Shown here: in pieces, positions 1 through 10,655 of the stretch
Layout of the letters: every line of letters starts with the position of its first letter
Position numbering within the stretch: the first letter of the stretch is position 1
Source: Octopus sinensis
Lineage: Eukaryota
DNA length: 64,000 nucleotides
Direction: 5' to 3'
Assembly (NCBI RefSeq): GCF_006345805.1
Contig: NC_043013.1
Location: 45,818,001-45,882,000, forward strand
Notes under the pieces: model-generated
Told to the model about the DNA's origin: nothing
The model's database searches: none
Seen by the model: only the letters and a program-made list of their open reading frames with translations
Position numbers and translations under genes: made by a program

Positions 1-99
1 GAGGCCCTTAAAATACCATTTTAGATCACCGGTTTATTATTTTGTTGCGTGGACCCCACAAATGGCTCAGGAGCCATATAGACAGTTTGAGAACCACTG
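1..99. mobile_element. Right end of a hAT (Charlie-type) DNA transposon or MITE
   Basis: GTTTGAGAACCACTG at 85-99 is the reverse complement of CAGTGGTTCTCAAAC, a typical Charlie/hAT terminus. The other end lies outside the window. Confidence 0.5.
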
Positions 100-1187
100 A
101 TTTTAATGGAATTATATAAAGGATAAAGTAATTCTAGATGCCCTGTGTTCAAGGGAAAAAGGTGATGGTGGATGCAATACCGTAGATCATATATCTACTC
201 GGTCAGTGCCAAATTAGGGATAAAGAACAACAGCAATATAACCTTTGATTATCAAAGACAACCATAGGTAAACATCCTTTATGATAACAAGCAATCCAGG
301 GCCCAGAAACTTGATGTTGGCTTTATTACTATAAGTGAAATAACTCCGTCTCTTAATTAAAAAAAAAACCCACGTATATTTATGGAGCCACGACACACGC
401 ATGAAGGTATCTATGATGCACGGCGTCAATATATCTTCCTTTTAAGATAATTATATTTAAATAATGCTATATATTTGCTTTAATCATGTGCTAGTGGACG
501 GGCGGACATTGGGAAGGCCATCGAGCTGTAAAGCCTCCAGTATAATAGCAACAACATACGCTCGACTTCACATAATGTTGCTTGCCATAACACAAACACC
601 TCTTGCTGTTGCTATGGTGATGGGTGAGGCTGTCGAAGATGTATCTAACTTGTTATGCAAGCATTGACAGCTACAGACATTAAATGAACTAATGATTAGT
701 CATGAGGATATACAGGTAAATGCTTTCAAAGCAGTACTTACTTGCCTGAGTAGCAACAACAACAGACGACAAAATTATCAGCAGGAGCTTCATGGCGAAA
801 TGTCTAGAAAAGAGAAAGAGCGTTGTACAAATAATTTATGAGGACATCTGTGTAAATTAGAGCGAAAAATTGGGAGAAAATGGATGAAATTTATACAAGC
901 TTTGACAGGAAATTAACTCTATAAGTCCTGGCCTTCCAACATGATCAGCCGACTTGCTTTGAAATGTGACTTTGGTACATCATCGTTATTGCTTCATTTA
1001 GTGTAATTTTTGTTCTATTACATCTCTCCACTTCCATCTTTTATCACATAAGTTATCTGGAATGATCTCTTACACAAATTCATCAATATTTCGATAATCA
1101 GAAAACATCCATATATTCCATACAACTTCACACTTATTCCCAACAAGCAGCTTCTGTATCCTTGCCTTCATCGTGGTACAAACAGGA

Positions 1188-1622
1188 TAAAATTTGTTTT
1201 GATTGTTGAACTAAGGAGAAGGCTCTACGTGGTCCATCGATATTCTAGAAATAGCAACCGAATCTCACTCAAATCACATTTGCCGTGTTACAGAAAGAGG
1301 GATTACTCATTGAACAAAGGAGGCTCTATGGTGTTGCTCGGCCTGCTAGAAATATTCCCATTAACCCTAAACATTTTACTGGGGCAGACACCACCGATAA
1401 TAAAATTTGTTTTGAAAACTCTTGTTGAACTGAGAGAAAGCTCTACGTGGTCCATCGATATTCTAGAAATAGCAACCGAATCTCACTCAAACCACATTTA
1501 CTGTCTTACAGAAAGAGGGATTACTCATTGAACAAAGGAGGCTCTACGGTGTTGCTCGGCCTGCTAGAAATATTCCCATTAACCCTAAACATTATACTGG
1601 GGCAGACACCACCGATAATAAA
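1188..1622. repeat. Tandem duplication, ~218-bp period, of a dispersed CTAGAAATAGC-containing repeat (family D)
   Basis: CTCTACGTGGTCCATCGATATTCTAGAAATAGCAACC recurs at 1223 and 1441. Both units end in GGGGCAGACACCACCGATAATAAA. Confidence 0.85.
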
Positions 1623-2123
1623 TACAGAAGAATAGTATGTATCATGCTCTGATTGCTTCTAGCTCTTCTTTTTTATGCGTGACGACCAGGAGAAAATACT
1701 AACAAATAAAAGAGAGAGAGAGAGAATAGTAGTGAAGAGATACAATATTATCTGACTGCCACAGTGCAACTCATGTAATAAACCATTGAATGTTGATGTG
1801 TGCTGTGTGGACTGTAAGAAGGTAGGAACCGTTGTATGTCTGGAATATTGAGTGAGTGAATTACACCGAGTTGTTCGTCAAGCAACATACGTCCAGCAGA
1901 GCTGATCTGACACAAACAACAACAACAACAACAATGACAGCAACAATAACAAGAACAATAACAAGTACAATAAAAATAACAACAGATCTGCTAAAGAAAA
2001 GCGTTTTAAGAATCGCGATGAAAGACGAAGTGTGAAAGATGGATGAAATTTTTTTAAGTGTTGACCTAAACTTGACATTTCATTTTGATTAAATATGAAG
2101 TAATGTACAAAATGAAAAATGCG

Positions 2124-2124
<1 letters not shown>

Positions 2125-2220
<96 letters not shown>
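2125..2220. repeat. (CA)n microsatellite
   Basis: Direct inspection. Confidence 0.95.
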
Positions 2221-2569
2221 AACATTTAAATAATCGTCTCCTAAAAATTCACTGTACTCTATTGCTAAAATTGAGGAGTCACTCAAACATGGAGCATAAC
2301 TTTTACTTTCAAACCTTGTTCATTTGTTCAGCATATTTGGAACAGTGTTGCTATGACAACAACAACACTGGCACCGCCACCACCACCACCACCACCACCA
2401 CCTCCACCACCACGCGCGCGTGTGTGTATGTATGTGTATGTGTGTGTGTGTGTGTGTGTGCTGTTCCTATGGAGACAGTCACGACTTTCCGTGTGCCTGC
2501 AACGGAGGCTTTCGGTTAGCTAAAATTACATAATTTTAAACCCATGTAACTTTTTCATCACCATTATTA

Positions 2570-3745
2570 TTATTGACGAGTTAGATAAGACGAACTCGGT
2601 TACTGGTTATCCGGCACGCAAAGACTACAGAGGCCAGATTAGTGAACTAGTTAAGCGGCAGTTGACGAGGGGAATCAACAACAACCGGTGGTGGGCCGCC
2701 CCGACGATGGCGTTTGGAACAGAATTGATAGCGTTAAGCAAAGAGTTAACAATAGGAAGGAATAGATTAAAGGGTGAACTAGTTAGCGAATTAGAAGAGG
2801 CGATTAAAAAGGGCATTGCAACCGATGTGTTTCGAAGCGAAACACGAAGGTTGTGTTAGAGCTAAGGCCCGTGCGCTCAAACGGGAAGGAACTAAAACTG
2901 TCCGATGAGCCCGAACGATGGGGACGCGACGCGGAAATAAAACCACGATTAGGTCTTTGACGGATCGGGATGGACGTGTGATACGCGTCTCCGAGCAGAT
3001 GTGTGCGGCTTTTGGAGAGGGTGATGGGTCAACGGCAGTACTGGACTTTAGTTCGCGCTTGGATGGCTTGCCGCAGCTCTCGGCAGCTGACGCTAGGTTA
3101 TGTGAAAGGCCGATAACACATGGGGGACGGATCCATCTGTCGGCCGGGTCTGTAGTGATGATCACTCCACCGCCCTCCTTCAATCGGGCAGGCAAGGCAG
3201 TGTTCCTTTGCCTGGTGACAGTGGCGAAAGAGGTTATTTGGTGGACAAGACTGAAAGGCATGAGCACAGATAGATTCCTCTTTGATAGAGCTGTCATTGA
3301 CTTCTTCAAGTTTCACTTGAAAAGGAACTTGAGAGTGGAGAAGAAAGTGCTGTCCTCGAGTGAGTTTATTGAAAGGTGGGTGAAAGTTACGAAAAGGCAA
3401 GAGTGGATGGTACCTCTCTAAGTGTAGATCTGTGAATCGGAGAGAAGGAATTTGAGCGAGCACTTGCTCCTGGGGTTTCAGAGAAATATCGGATAGTGGA
3501 GTTCCTCGATTATCCAGAGAGGGCTTCCTGTATCAGGAGGGCCACATCTTTATCATCCTCCCCGCCACATTAAAAAAAAAACCTTTGTATGTTATGCACA
3601 TGTCCCTTCTTTTTCAGTGTGTACCGTGTATACTTAATTTCCATTTTTTAAAATCATTTCAATATATGTAAACCCCTACACTTTATGTCTGTCCTTGTAT
3701 TGTCCCTTTCATCCTTTGCCTTTGTGGAAAATGAATAAATTCATC
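2570..3745 (+). mobile_element. Internally deleted L1/Tx1-like LINE relic (ORF2 linker, C-terminus and 3' UTR)
   Basis: Translation gives a post-endonuclease linker (NNRWW..., RAKARALKREG, TIRSLTDRDG, LPQLSAADARLCERPIT) joined directly to a C-terminal motif (AVFLCLVTVAKEVIWWTR...FIERW). No RT core lies between them. A 3' UTR runs into (ATT)n. Confidence 0.7.
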
Positions 3746-3775
3746 ATTATTATTATTATTATTATTATTATTGAA

Positions 3776-4325
3776 TGAGAGAGCAGTGCATGCCATCAAA
3801 GTGACACTGGGGTAAAATATATGAAGCCCAGTATACCCATCATGACTACCCATCTGATAAGGGTACACCAGGCACATGTATCACAACCATGTGCGCGACA
3901 TGGTGATCTTTTATCAAGATCAACAGCGCATGACCTTGCAGGTGGGGCTCAGTTGGAATTTTCTTCTGGTTGAGTAACCCATCCCGCTCAAAAGGTCCCT
4001 GAATAAGGGTTGTTTAAGGATGTTGAACGAAATACCCATGTTTCCAAAGGTGAATTTTCCAAACAACAAAGAATTCCTCCTAACACATGGCTATGATGCT
4101 CCCCCACTACTTCTCCTCGTGATCAGAGATGCACATATCGTCAGCCACTAAGGGACATGCTCAACTGGTTAAGGTCAAACAACTGACAAGCAAATCTGTG
4201 GTATTGAGCAGAATATTTGCTGTAGCCCATCTTTTATACAAAGACAAAACAATGTGCATGATAACACTTCCAATCAGTTAAGATCAGAAACCATGAGATC
4301 CACTGCCTGGTACTGCATCAGAGCA

Positions 4326-4326
<1 letters not shown>
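3776..4326 (-). mobile_element. ~550-bp non-coding interspersed repeat (family E) between (ATT)n tracts
   Basis: Near-identical to 37857-38395 (same orientation) and to 11421-11976 (opposite orientation), with the same ends in all three. Strand is assigned assuming the (AAT)n run is the 3' tail. Confidence 0.85.
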
Positions 4327-4368
<42 letters not shown>

Positions 4369-4594
4369 TATTATTATTATTATTATTATCATCATTATCA
4401 TATTATTATTATTATTATTATTATTATATTATTATTATTATTATTATTATATTATTATTATTATTATCATTATCATTATTATTATTATTATTTATTATTA
4501 TTATTATATTATTATTATTATTATCATTATCGTTATTATTATTATTATTATTATTATTATATTATTATCATTATTATTATTATTATTATTATTG

Positions 4595-4641
<47 letters not shown>

Positions 4642-4899
4642 GTTATTACATGTTTGACTTTTGCTTTACATTTGCACAAACTGGCTCCAAGTCTCACCCA
4701 GAGACCTCAAGAGACAACAAGTTGGAAGTTCATGTTGATGTTATGCCTAGGGTGCCATATATTTGGTTTTGTACTTAGTGTTGTACTAGTGAATGCCTAA
4801 AAAAACCATACGAAAATTATGTTTGCTTTAAAACTTGAGATTACAAAGAAAGTATTTTGCGTAGGATATGAGCAGTTCCCATGAGCACTATCTTTTGAA

Positions 4900-4960
<61 letters not shown>

Positions 4961-4972
4961 GTTATTATTATT

Positions 4973-5005
<33 letters not shown>

Positions 5006-5122
5006 ATTATTATTATTATTATTGTTATTATTACTATTATTATTGTTATTATTATTATTGTTATTATTATTATTATTATTATTGTTATTATTTTATTATT
5101 GTTATTATTATTATTGTTATTA

Positions 5123-5162
<40 letters not shown>

Positions 5163-5277
5163 GTTATTATTATTGTTATTATTATTATTGCTAATATTAT
5201 TATTATTATTATTATTATTATTGTTATTATTGTTGTTATTATTATTATTGTTGTTGTTATTATTATTATTGTTGTTG

Positions 5278-5326
<49 letters not shown>
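4327..5326. repeat. (ATT)n/(GTT)n microsatellite tracts (4327-4650 and 4899-5326)
   Basis: Direct inspection. These explain the poly-I/L/Y/N ORFs. Confidence 0.95.
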
Positions 5327-5327
<1 letters not shown>

Positions 5328-6013
5328 TTCTAGAGAGAGAAAAATGAATGCGATTGTCGTCATCAGCATGCATAGATACATCAGTGGAGAAAATGCGAAA
5401 ACAAAAAAGAAAAAAAAAAAGAAAAATTCTGTTGAAAATATGAAATACTTCAAGTGGTTGGAACGATTCTGAAAAGAGCCTGCTGCATCAAGAAGAGGAC
5501 GTATGGAATAACGAGAGTTCTAGATGTAGAGAAAATCAGGATCAGAATGCTTTCATCGTAGATCGGCTCAATTAAGGCCTACTTGTAGGCTACAAATCAA
5601 CGACAACAGCAGGAGTAACAACAGCAACAGCAACAGCCGGCAGCAGCAGCAGCAGCCACAGCAGCCGCAGTACCACGCAATAACAACAACAGTTCTGTTA
5701 TAGGGGCGTGGTAAGACAACCTAGAGCAGCAGTAAAAATGATGATAAATATCCATATTGCAATGAAATAAATTGCCAATGAATATTAATGAACTCGATAG
5801 AACTGTAATAACATCCCAATCTTACTTTCATCAACAAAATTTCATCAGTTATAATTCCTACCAAACGTTTCAGCAACCAAACCATTCCTGGCGAAACTGT
5901 CTGCACTGGACACGCTTTGCTGGGTCAGATTCATAAGCATGAAGTAACGAAAATTATTCGAACTTGCATACTGTGTGAAAAAGTAGGCACCAAGGAAAAT
6001 ATTGCTACTAAAT

Positions 6014-6336
6014 TACATACATGCATGCATGCATACATACATACATATATGCATACATACATACATACATAGTACATACATGCATGCATGCATACATACA
6101 TACATACATGCATACATGCATGCATACTTATATGCATGCATACATACATACATGCATGCATACATGCATGCATGAATACATACATACATACATGCATGCA
6201 TGCATACATGCATACATACATACATGCATGCATGCATACATACATATATGCATGCATACATACATACATACATACATACATACATGAATACATACAAACA
6301 TACATAATACATACATACCTGTATACATACATATAT
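6014..6336. repeat. (CATA)n/(CATG)n compound microsatellite
   Basis: Direct inspection. Confidence 0.95.
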
Positions 6337-6443
6337 ATCTAGGCAAATCAAAAATAAAAACAAAAATAACAAAAGTCAAAAGGATGTACACAGTGAATGG
6401 ATTAGGTTTACGCTCAGTTGAAGATGAAAAAAAGAAGAGGGCG

Positions 6444-6478
6444 TGTGACGTCTCGAGCATTGACTCTTCGTCAGAAAG
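6444..6478 (-). ncRNA. Degenerate minimal type-I hammerhead ribozyme motif (PLE type)
   Basis: Minus strand reads CTTT-CTGACGA-A-GAGT caat GCTC-GAGAC-GTC. The CUGANGA core and stem II are intact, GAAA is mutated to GAGA, and the 3' arm of stem I has decayed. Homologous to 8065-8100. Confidence 0.45.
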
Positions 6479-6735
6479 AGGAAAGGGGTGAGGTCCATAG
6501 AGAATAAAATAAATAGTCTGATAATAGCACGTATGTGGTTATATTGCTGAAGTGACCTATATATATATATATATAGTATGAAGAAAAAGGGAAGAGAATT
6601 TCGATTATCCCCACGTTGTGAGTTCTAATGCTAAAATATATATATATAAAATGAATAAAAGAAGGAAAATGAACACAGTTTACATAGTTTTGATATATAT
6701 TTTAATTGATTTTATAAGTGAAAGAGTATTGTGTT

Positions 6736-6768
6736 TGTCGACCGGTTTCGCTTTCGCTAATCATGATA
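6736..6768 (-). ncRNA. Degenerate minimal hammerhead motif downstream of the PLE endonuclease
   Basis: Minus strand reads TATC-ATGATTA-GC gaaa GC-GAAAC-CG-GTC-GACA. Stem II, GAAA, palindromic stem III (ACCGGT) and a GUC site are present. The core has 2 mismatches to CTGATGA. Confidence 0.5.
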
Positions 6769-7034
6769 CTAAAATTATTGCAATTTCGTATTTTCCTAAG
6801 AAGATTTTAGTTCATGTTGTGTATGGGGGTTTGTGAATGAAATGAATCAACTGGCAGAAAAATCTATGGTGATCGTTATTATTAGGGACAGGGGAGGTAA
6901 TTGCTATTTTGGTGTGGGGGCGTAAATAAATATACAAAAATTCAAAGCTAAAGTAATGAAATGAAATATTTACAGTGATGCGTATGTGAACATGAATTGA
7001 AATATATACTGAGACCAAAGTTGGTTTTGCGTTC

Positions 7035-7492
7035 ATATTTAGGCGTATTCTGTATTTTTCGATATATAAATTTTCTTTAATTAAACTTTCTTGTACAGAA
7101 ATTGTTGCTATGCACTGGTAGAATGGGAAAATAGTCAAGTTTGGTTGAATATTACCTGCACAACTTTCTATGTGTTCACTCAAAAGAATCTGTACTGTGG
7201 AAAACGGATATGTTCTTTATGTATTGTAATTCTCCGTCTAAGTGCCATACTTGTCTGTCCTGTATAGTTATGTCCACATCCTGAACAAGTTATGACATAA
7301 ATTAGATTCTCGGAAGCACAAGGGAAGTAACTTCCAACAGGTTGGGGCGTGTTCCACAGTTTGGACGTCCACATTTTTTAACCATTGGCTTCGTAGTTGT
7401 TGTGTAAAGCTTCGCATTTATCAGAAGTCTCTTCAGCGATTTGTGTTGCTTTTTGCATTTGATAAATTTATGTGTTTTCAGAATGTTGTACA
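7035..7492 (-). pseudogene. Penelope-like element GIY-YIG endonuclease region (frameshifted)
   Basis: Three overlapping ORF pieces give KSLKRLLINAK...KCGRPNCGT (Cys linker), FPCASENLIYVITCSGCGHNYTGQTSMALRRRITIHKEHIR (GIY-YIG motifs) and SEHIESC...KENLYIEKYRIRLN (C-terminus). Confidence 0.85.
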
Positions 7493-7493
7493 A

Positions 7494-7925
7494 GCATGGT
7501 TGTATGGTTAAGAAGCTCACTTTGTAACTTCGTAGTTTCAGGTTCAGCTCCACTGCGCGGAGCCTCGGGTAAGTCTTCTACTATAGCCCCGGGTCGATTA
7601 CTGCTTTGTGAGTGATTTTGGTAGACGAAAACTGCATGAAAGTCTGTCATATATACACGTACACACCTATGTATGTGTGTATGTGTGCCTTTTTGTCTGT
7701 GTTTGTTCCTCTCCCTCGCGTGATAACCGATGATGTTTTGTAATTGGTCCCCATAATGTGGCGGTTCGGCGAAAGAAAGCAATAGAATAAGTACTAGTCT
7801 CAAAAAACAAAAGCAAAAAAGGCATAAATACTGGGATCGATTTATTGGAACGAATCCCTTTGAGGCGGTGCCCCTGCATGGCCGCAATCCAATGACCGAA
7901 ACATGCAAGTGATAATATAAAAGAT
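7494..7925 (+). mobile_element. SINE family A (tRNA-derived head), diverged copy
   Basis: A/B-box-like head, GTAGACG(G/A)AAACTG body and GAATAAGTAC...CAATGACCGAAAC tail shared with other family A copies. Confidence 0.8.
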
Positions 7926-8064
7926 ACGTGCGCGCGCACACACACACGCACACAGACACGCACACACACACACACCCACACACCCACACACCACACATAT
8001 ATATATATATATATATATGTACACATTTTTTCTTTATTTTCACTCCCTGTTTCTTTCTGTGTTC

Positions 8065-8100
8065 CTTTCTGTGGAAGAGCGTAGGCTCGAAACGTTAAAG
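8065..8100 (+). ncRNA. Minimal type-I hammerhead ribozyme motif (PLE type) with a variant core
   Basis: CTTT-CTGTGGA-A-GAGC gtag GCTC-GAAAC-GTT-AAAG. Perfect stem I (CTTT/AAAG) and stem II (GAGC/GCTC), palindromic stem III (AACGTT). The core is CUGUGGA instead of CUGANGA. Confidence 0.6.
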
Positions 8101-8188
8101 ACCCTTTCACTTCTCGAGCGTTAAACTAATACATCTGTTGTTGTCTACACCGCCCGTCTTCGTCTTTTGTTTTTTTGTGAATTCTCCT

Positions 8189-8312
<124 letters not shown>

Positions 8313-8597
8313 ATATATAATCAACAATTGAGGGTAAAATTAATTAATTAATCAATTTCACCAAGTATTCAGTATGCAAAGGGACCATTTAAGGCGATTC
8401 AAATTATTACATTATATAAAAGGGCTTAGTAAATAAATTACTTTGCCGCATACTGAACTCATTAGAAATGCAGCCAAAAAAAAACTTTCTAAAACTATTT
8501 CTAATACTTAAAGAAACCTCTCTCATATAGTGTTTGCTCAATTCAACTCACGGAAGTATGGGGGTAGAGACATAAAAAATCAAATGCAAAGGTTATT

Positions 8598-8649
8598 TGA
8601 GAACGTACGTTCAAGATTAGTCAAACTCGACATTTCTATCATCAGCTCA
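8598..8649 (-). ncRNA. Hammerhead ribozyme motif, left arm
   Basis: Minus strand reads TGAG-CTGATGA-TAG...GTCGAGTTTGAC...CTT-GAAC-GTAC-GTT-CTCA. One A is missing from GAAAC. Confidence 0.65.
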
Positions 8650-8829
8650 TTACCGAAAAAAGCATAGTGTTTACTGATTTTAACCACGCGGTGGAAAGGG
8701 GAGAGCAGAAATTCTTCGCTTGCTTTTGAGTTTGTTGGCAATGTTAGTGTCGAGCAGATCTTCAGAAGCGAGAAGAAGCCGAAAAGGTATGCTCCCACTT
8801 TCAGTGTTTCAAATCCAAACCAGGAGTTC

Positions 8830-8879
8830 TGAGTGATGATAGAAATGTCGAGTTTGACTAATTGAAACGTACGTTCTCA
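8830..8879 (+). ncRNA. Hammerhead ribozyme motif, right arm
   Basis: TGAG-TGATGA-TAG...GTCGAGTTTGAC...TT-GAAAC-GTAC-GTT-CTCA. The C of CTGATGA is missing. Confidence 0.65.
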
Positions 8880-9463
8880 ATAACCTTTGCATTTGATTTT
8901 TAATGTCTCTACCCCATACTTCCGTGAGTTGAATTGAGCAAACACTATATGAGAGAGGTTTTCTTTAAGTATTAGAAATAGTTTTAGAAAAGTTTTTTTT
9001 GGCTGCTATTTCTAATATCATATGCGGCAAAGTAATTTATTTTACTAAGCCCTTTATATAATGTAAAATATATATATATATATATATATACATATATACA
9101 TATACAATGATGCACTCACACAAATATACAATCGTGCACATACACGCACAAACACACAGACAGACAGACACATACACACACAGACACACACACACTTATG
9201 TATACATGTAGCCTACATGCTGGTTTCAATTTACTCATTCAATAAGATTCTTATCTTTAACAATTAAAATTTTAAATTAGCCAGAAATGAAAGATAAAGT
9301 TAAAAATAAAACACAATATCGTCCAGTTTAGAAAAGTATTGCCATTTGTCGGGTCTGTTTCCAGATGGCGCTTAATTATAATGGAAGAAAAAAAACTTTT
9401 ATTTTATATATATTTCATGAAAATTAAAATTTGAATTTAGTAATCATATATTTAGTAATCATA

Positions 9464-9870
9464 GGCGCAGGAGTGGCTGTGTGGTAAGTAGCTTGCTTAC
9501 CAACCACATGGTTCCGGGTTCAGTCCCACTGCGTGACACCTTGGGCAAGTATCTTCTACTATAGCCTCGGGACGAACAAAGCCTTCTGAGTGGATTTGGT
9601 AGACGGAAACTGAAAGAAGCCCGTCGTATATATGTATATATAGATGTCTGTGTGTTTATATGTTTGTGTGTCTGTGTTTGCCCCCCCCCCCAACATAGCT
9701 TGACAATCGATGCTGGTGTGTTTATGTCACCGTAACTTAGCGGTTCGGCAAAAGAGTCCGATAGAATAAGTACTTGGCTTTCAAAGAATAAGTCCTGGGG
9801 GGGGGGCAATTTGCTCGACTAAATGACTGAAACAAGTAAAAGAGTAAAAGAGGATGAAAGAGTAAAAGAG
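9464..9870 (+). mobile_element. SINE family A, near full length
   Basis: GGCGCAGGAGTGGCTGTGTGGTAAG A-box head, GGTTCAGTCCC B-box, internal TA/TG tract and GTAAAAGA-repeat tail. Confidence 0.9.
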
Positions 9871-9954
9871 GAAGAAAGAAGAGAAAAAGCAAAGAAAACA
9901 TCAGTTGAACACGAAGTGCATTAATTCATCGCACATCACAAGGTTTAGTGGAGC

Positions 9955-10068
9955 CTACGCACTTAGGGCATTACCACGGACGATGGCAAGGCTAAGGCTT
10001 TGGAACAGCCAAGCACCCTCACAAGCATTACCTGACTCCTTGGCGAGGCGAGCCGCTAACGATCGTTG
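9955..10068 (-). pseudogene. 3' end of a CRE-like (RLE) non-LTR retrotransposon ORF
   Basis: Minus strand translates RSLAARLAKESGNACEGAWLFQSLSLAIVRGNALSA*. This resembles the (F/W)LFQRLSxAIxRGNA C-terminal motif of CRE-clade elements. Confidence 0.6.
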
Positions 10069-10214
10069 ATTATCGTGGTTGTCAATGTCTATCACTGGAC
10101 GAGTCTTGGTTCAAGAGAAAAGGCCTACGATCAGAGGTATAGGTGCCGAGACCAGCCGACCGCAGTTCAACTCCACTTTATTTAACGATTCCTATTCTGG
10201 GACTCTGTTCAGGT

Positions 10215-10655
10215 ACAATTTGAAGGAGATTTGTTTGCTATTTCTAGCAGGCCGAGTGACCACATACAGACTCCCTCGTTCATTTGTCTGTATATATGTT
10301 GTTAATATTTGACCTCCAAGTCAGCCCTGAACGTGCAGACTATGATCAAAGCCAGTCTAGCCATGGCCGTCTCATCTTTTGTTTTTCTGGAATTGTGCAC
10401 TCCAGACTAGACTGATATTTTCTTCTTCAAGACTGAAGAATAGGGTTTTGACGTAGGTTAGGTTGCTATTCCTAGTAGACCAATCCATTGATTAGAAGTT
10501 CTGCTCGTTGTCTCCACTTGCTAGAAATAGTAACTAAATATCCCTCAAATCACAACTTCACGTCTTAAAGAAATATAAGATTCAAGATACACAATACCTG
10601 AAAAAAATTTATGATCATAGGTTTTCTTGATTAACGTCGACCTCGGGTTAAATAA
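10215..10655. repeat. Cluster of family D (CTAGAAATAGC) repeat fragments in both orientations
   Basis: TTGCTATTTCTAGCAGG (~10235), TTGCTATTCCTAG (~10462) and GCTAGAAATAGTAACTAAATATCCCTCAAATCAC (~10520). Related copies at ~41130-41345, ~50070-50420 and ~55130-55200. Confidence 0.6.

Larger units (their letters stand above)
8321..9066. mobile_element. Inverted-repeat element (arms ~8406-8649 and ~8830-9066) with a hammerhead motif in each arm; probable inverted PLE pseudo-LTRs in (TA)n
   Basis: The arms are reverse complements, e.g. ACTTTGCCGCATA/TATGCGGCAAAGT and CTCACGGAAGTATGG/CCATACTTCCGTGAG. There is a ~180-bp spacer, a one-sided ~85-bp extension and (TA)n on both flanks. Confidence 0.8.

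Noticed and set aside
600-760. EDVSNLLCKH*QLQTLNELM, faintly like a Tigger/pogo transposase C-terminus
   Set aside because: Too short and degenerate, with no TIR or catalytic motif nearby.
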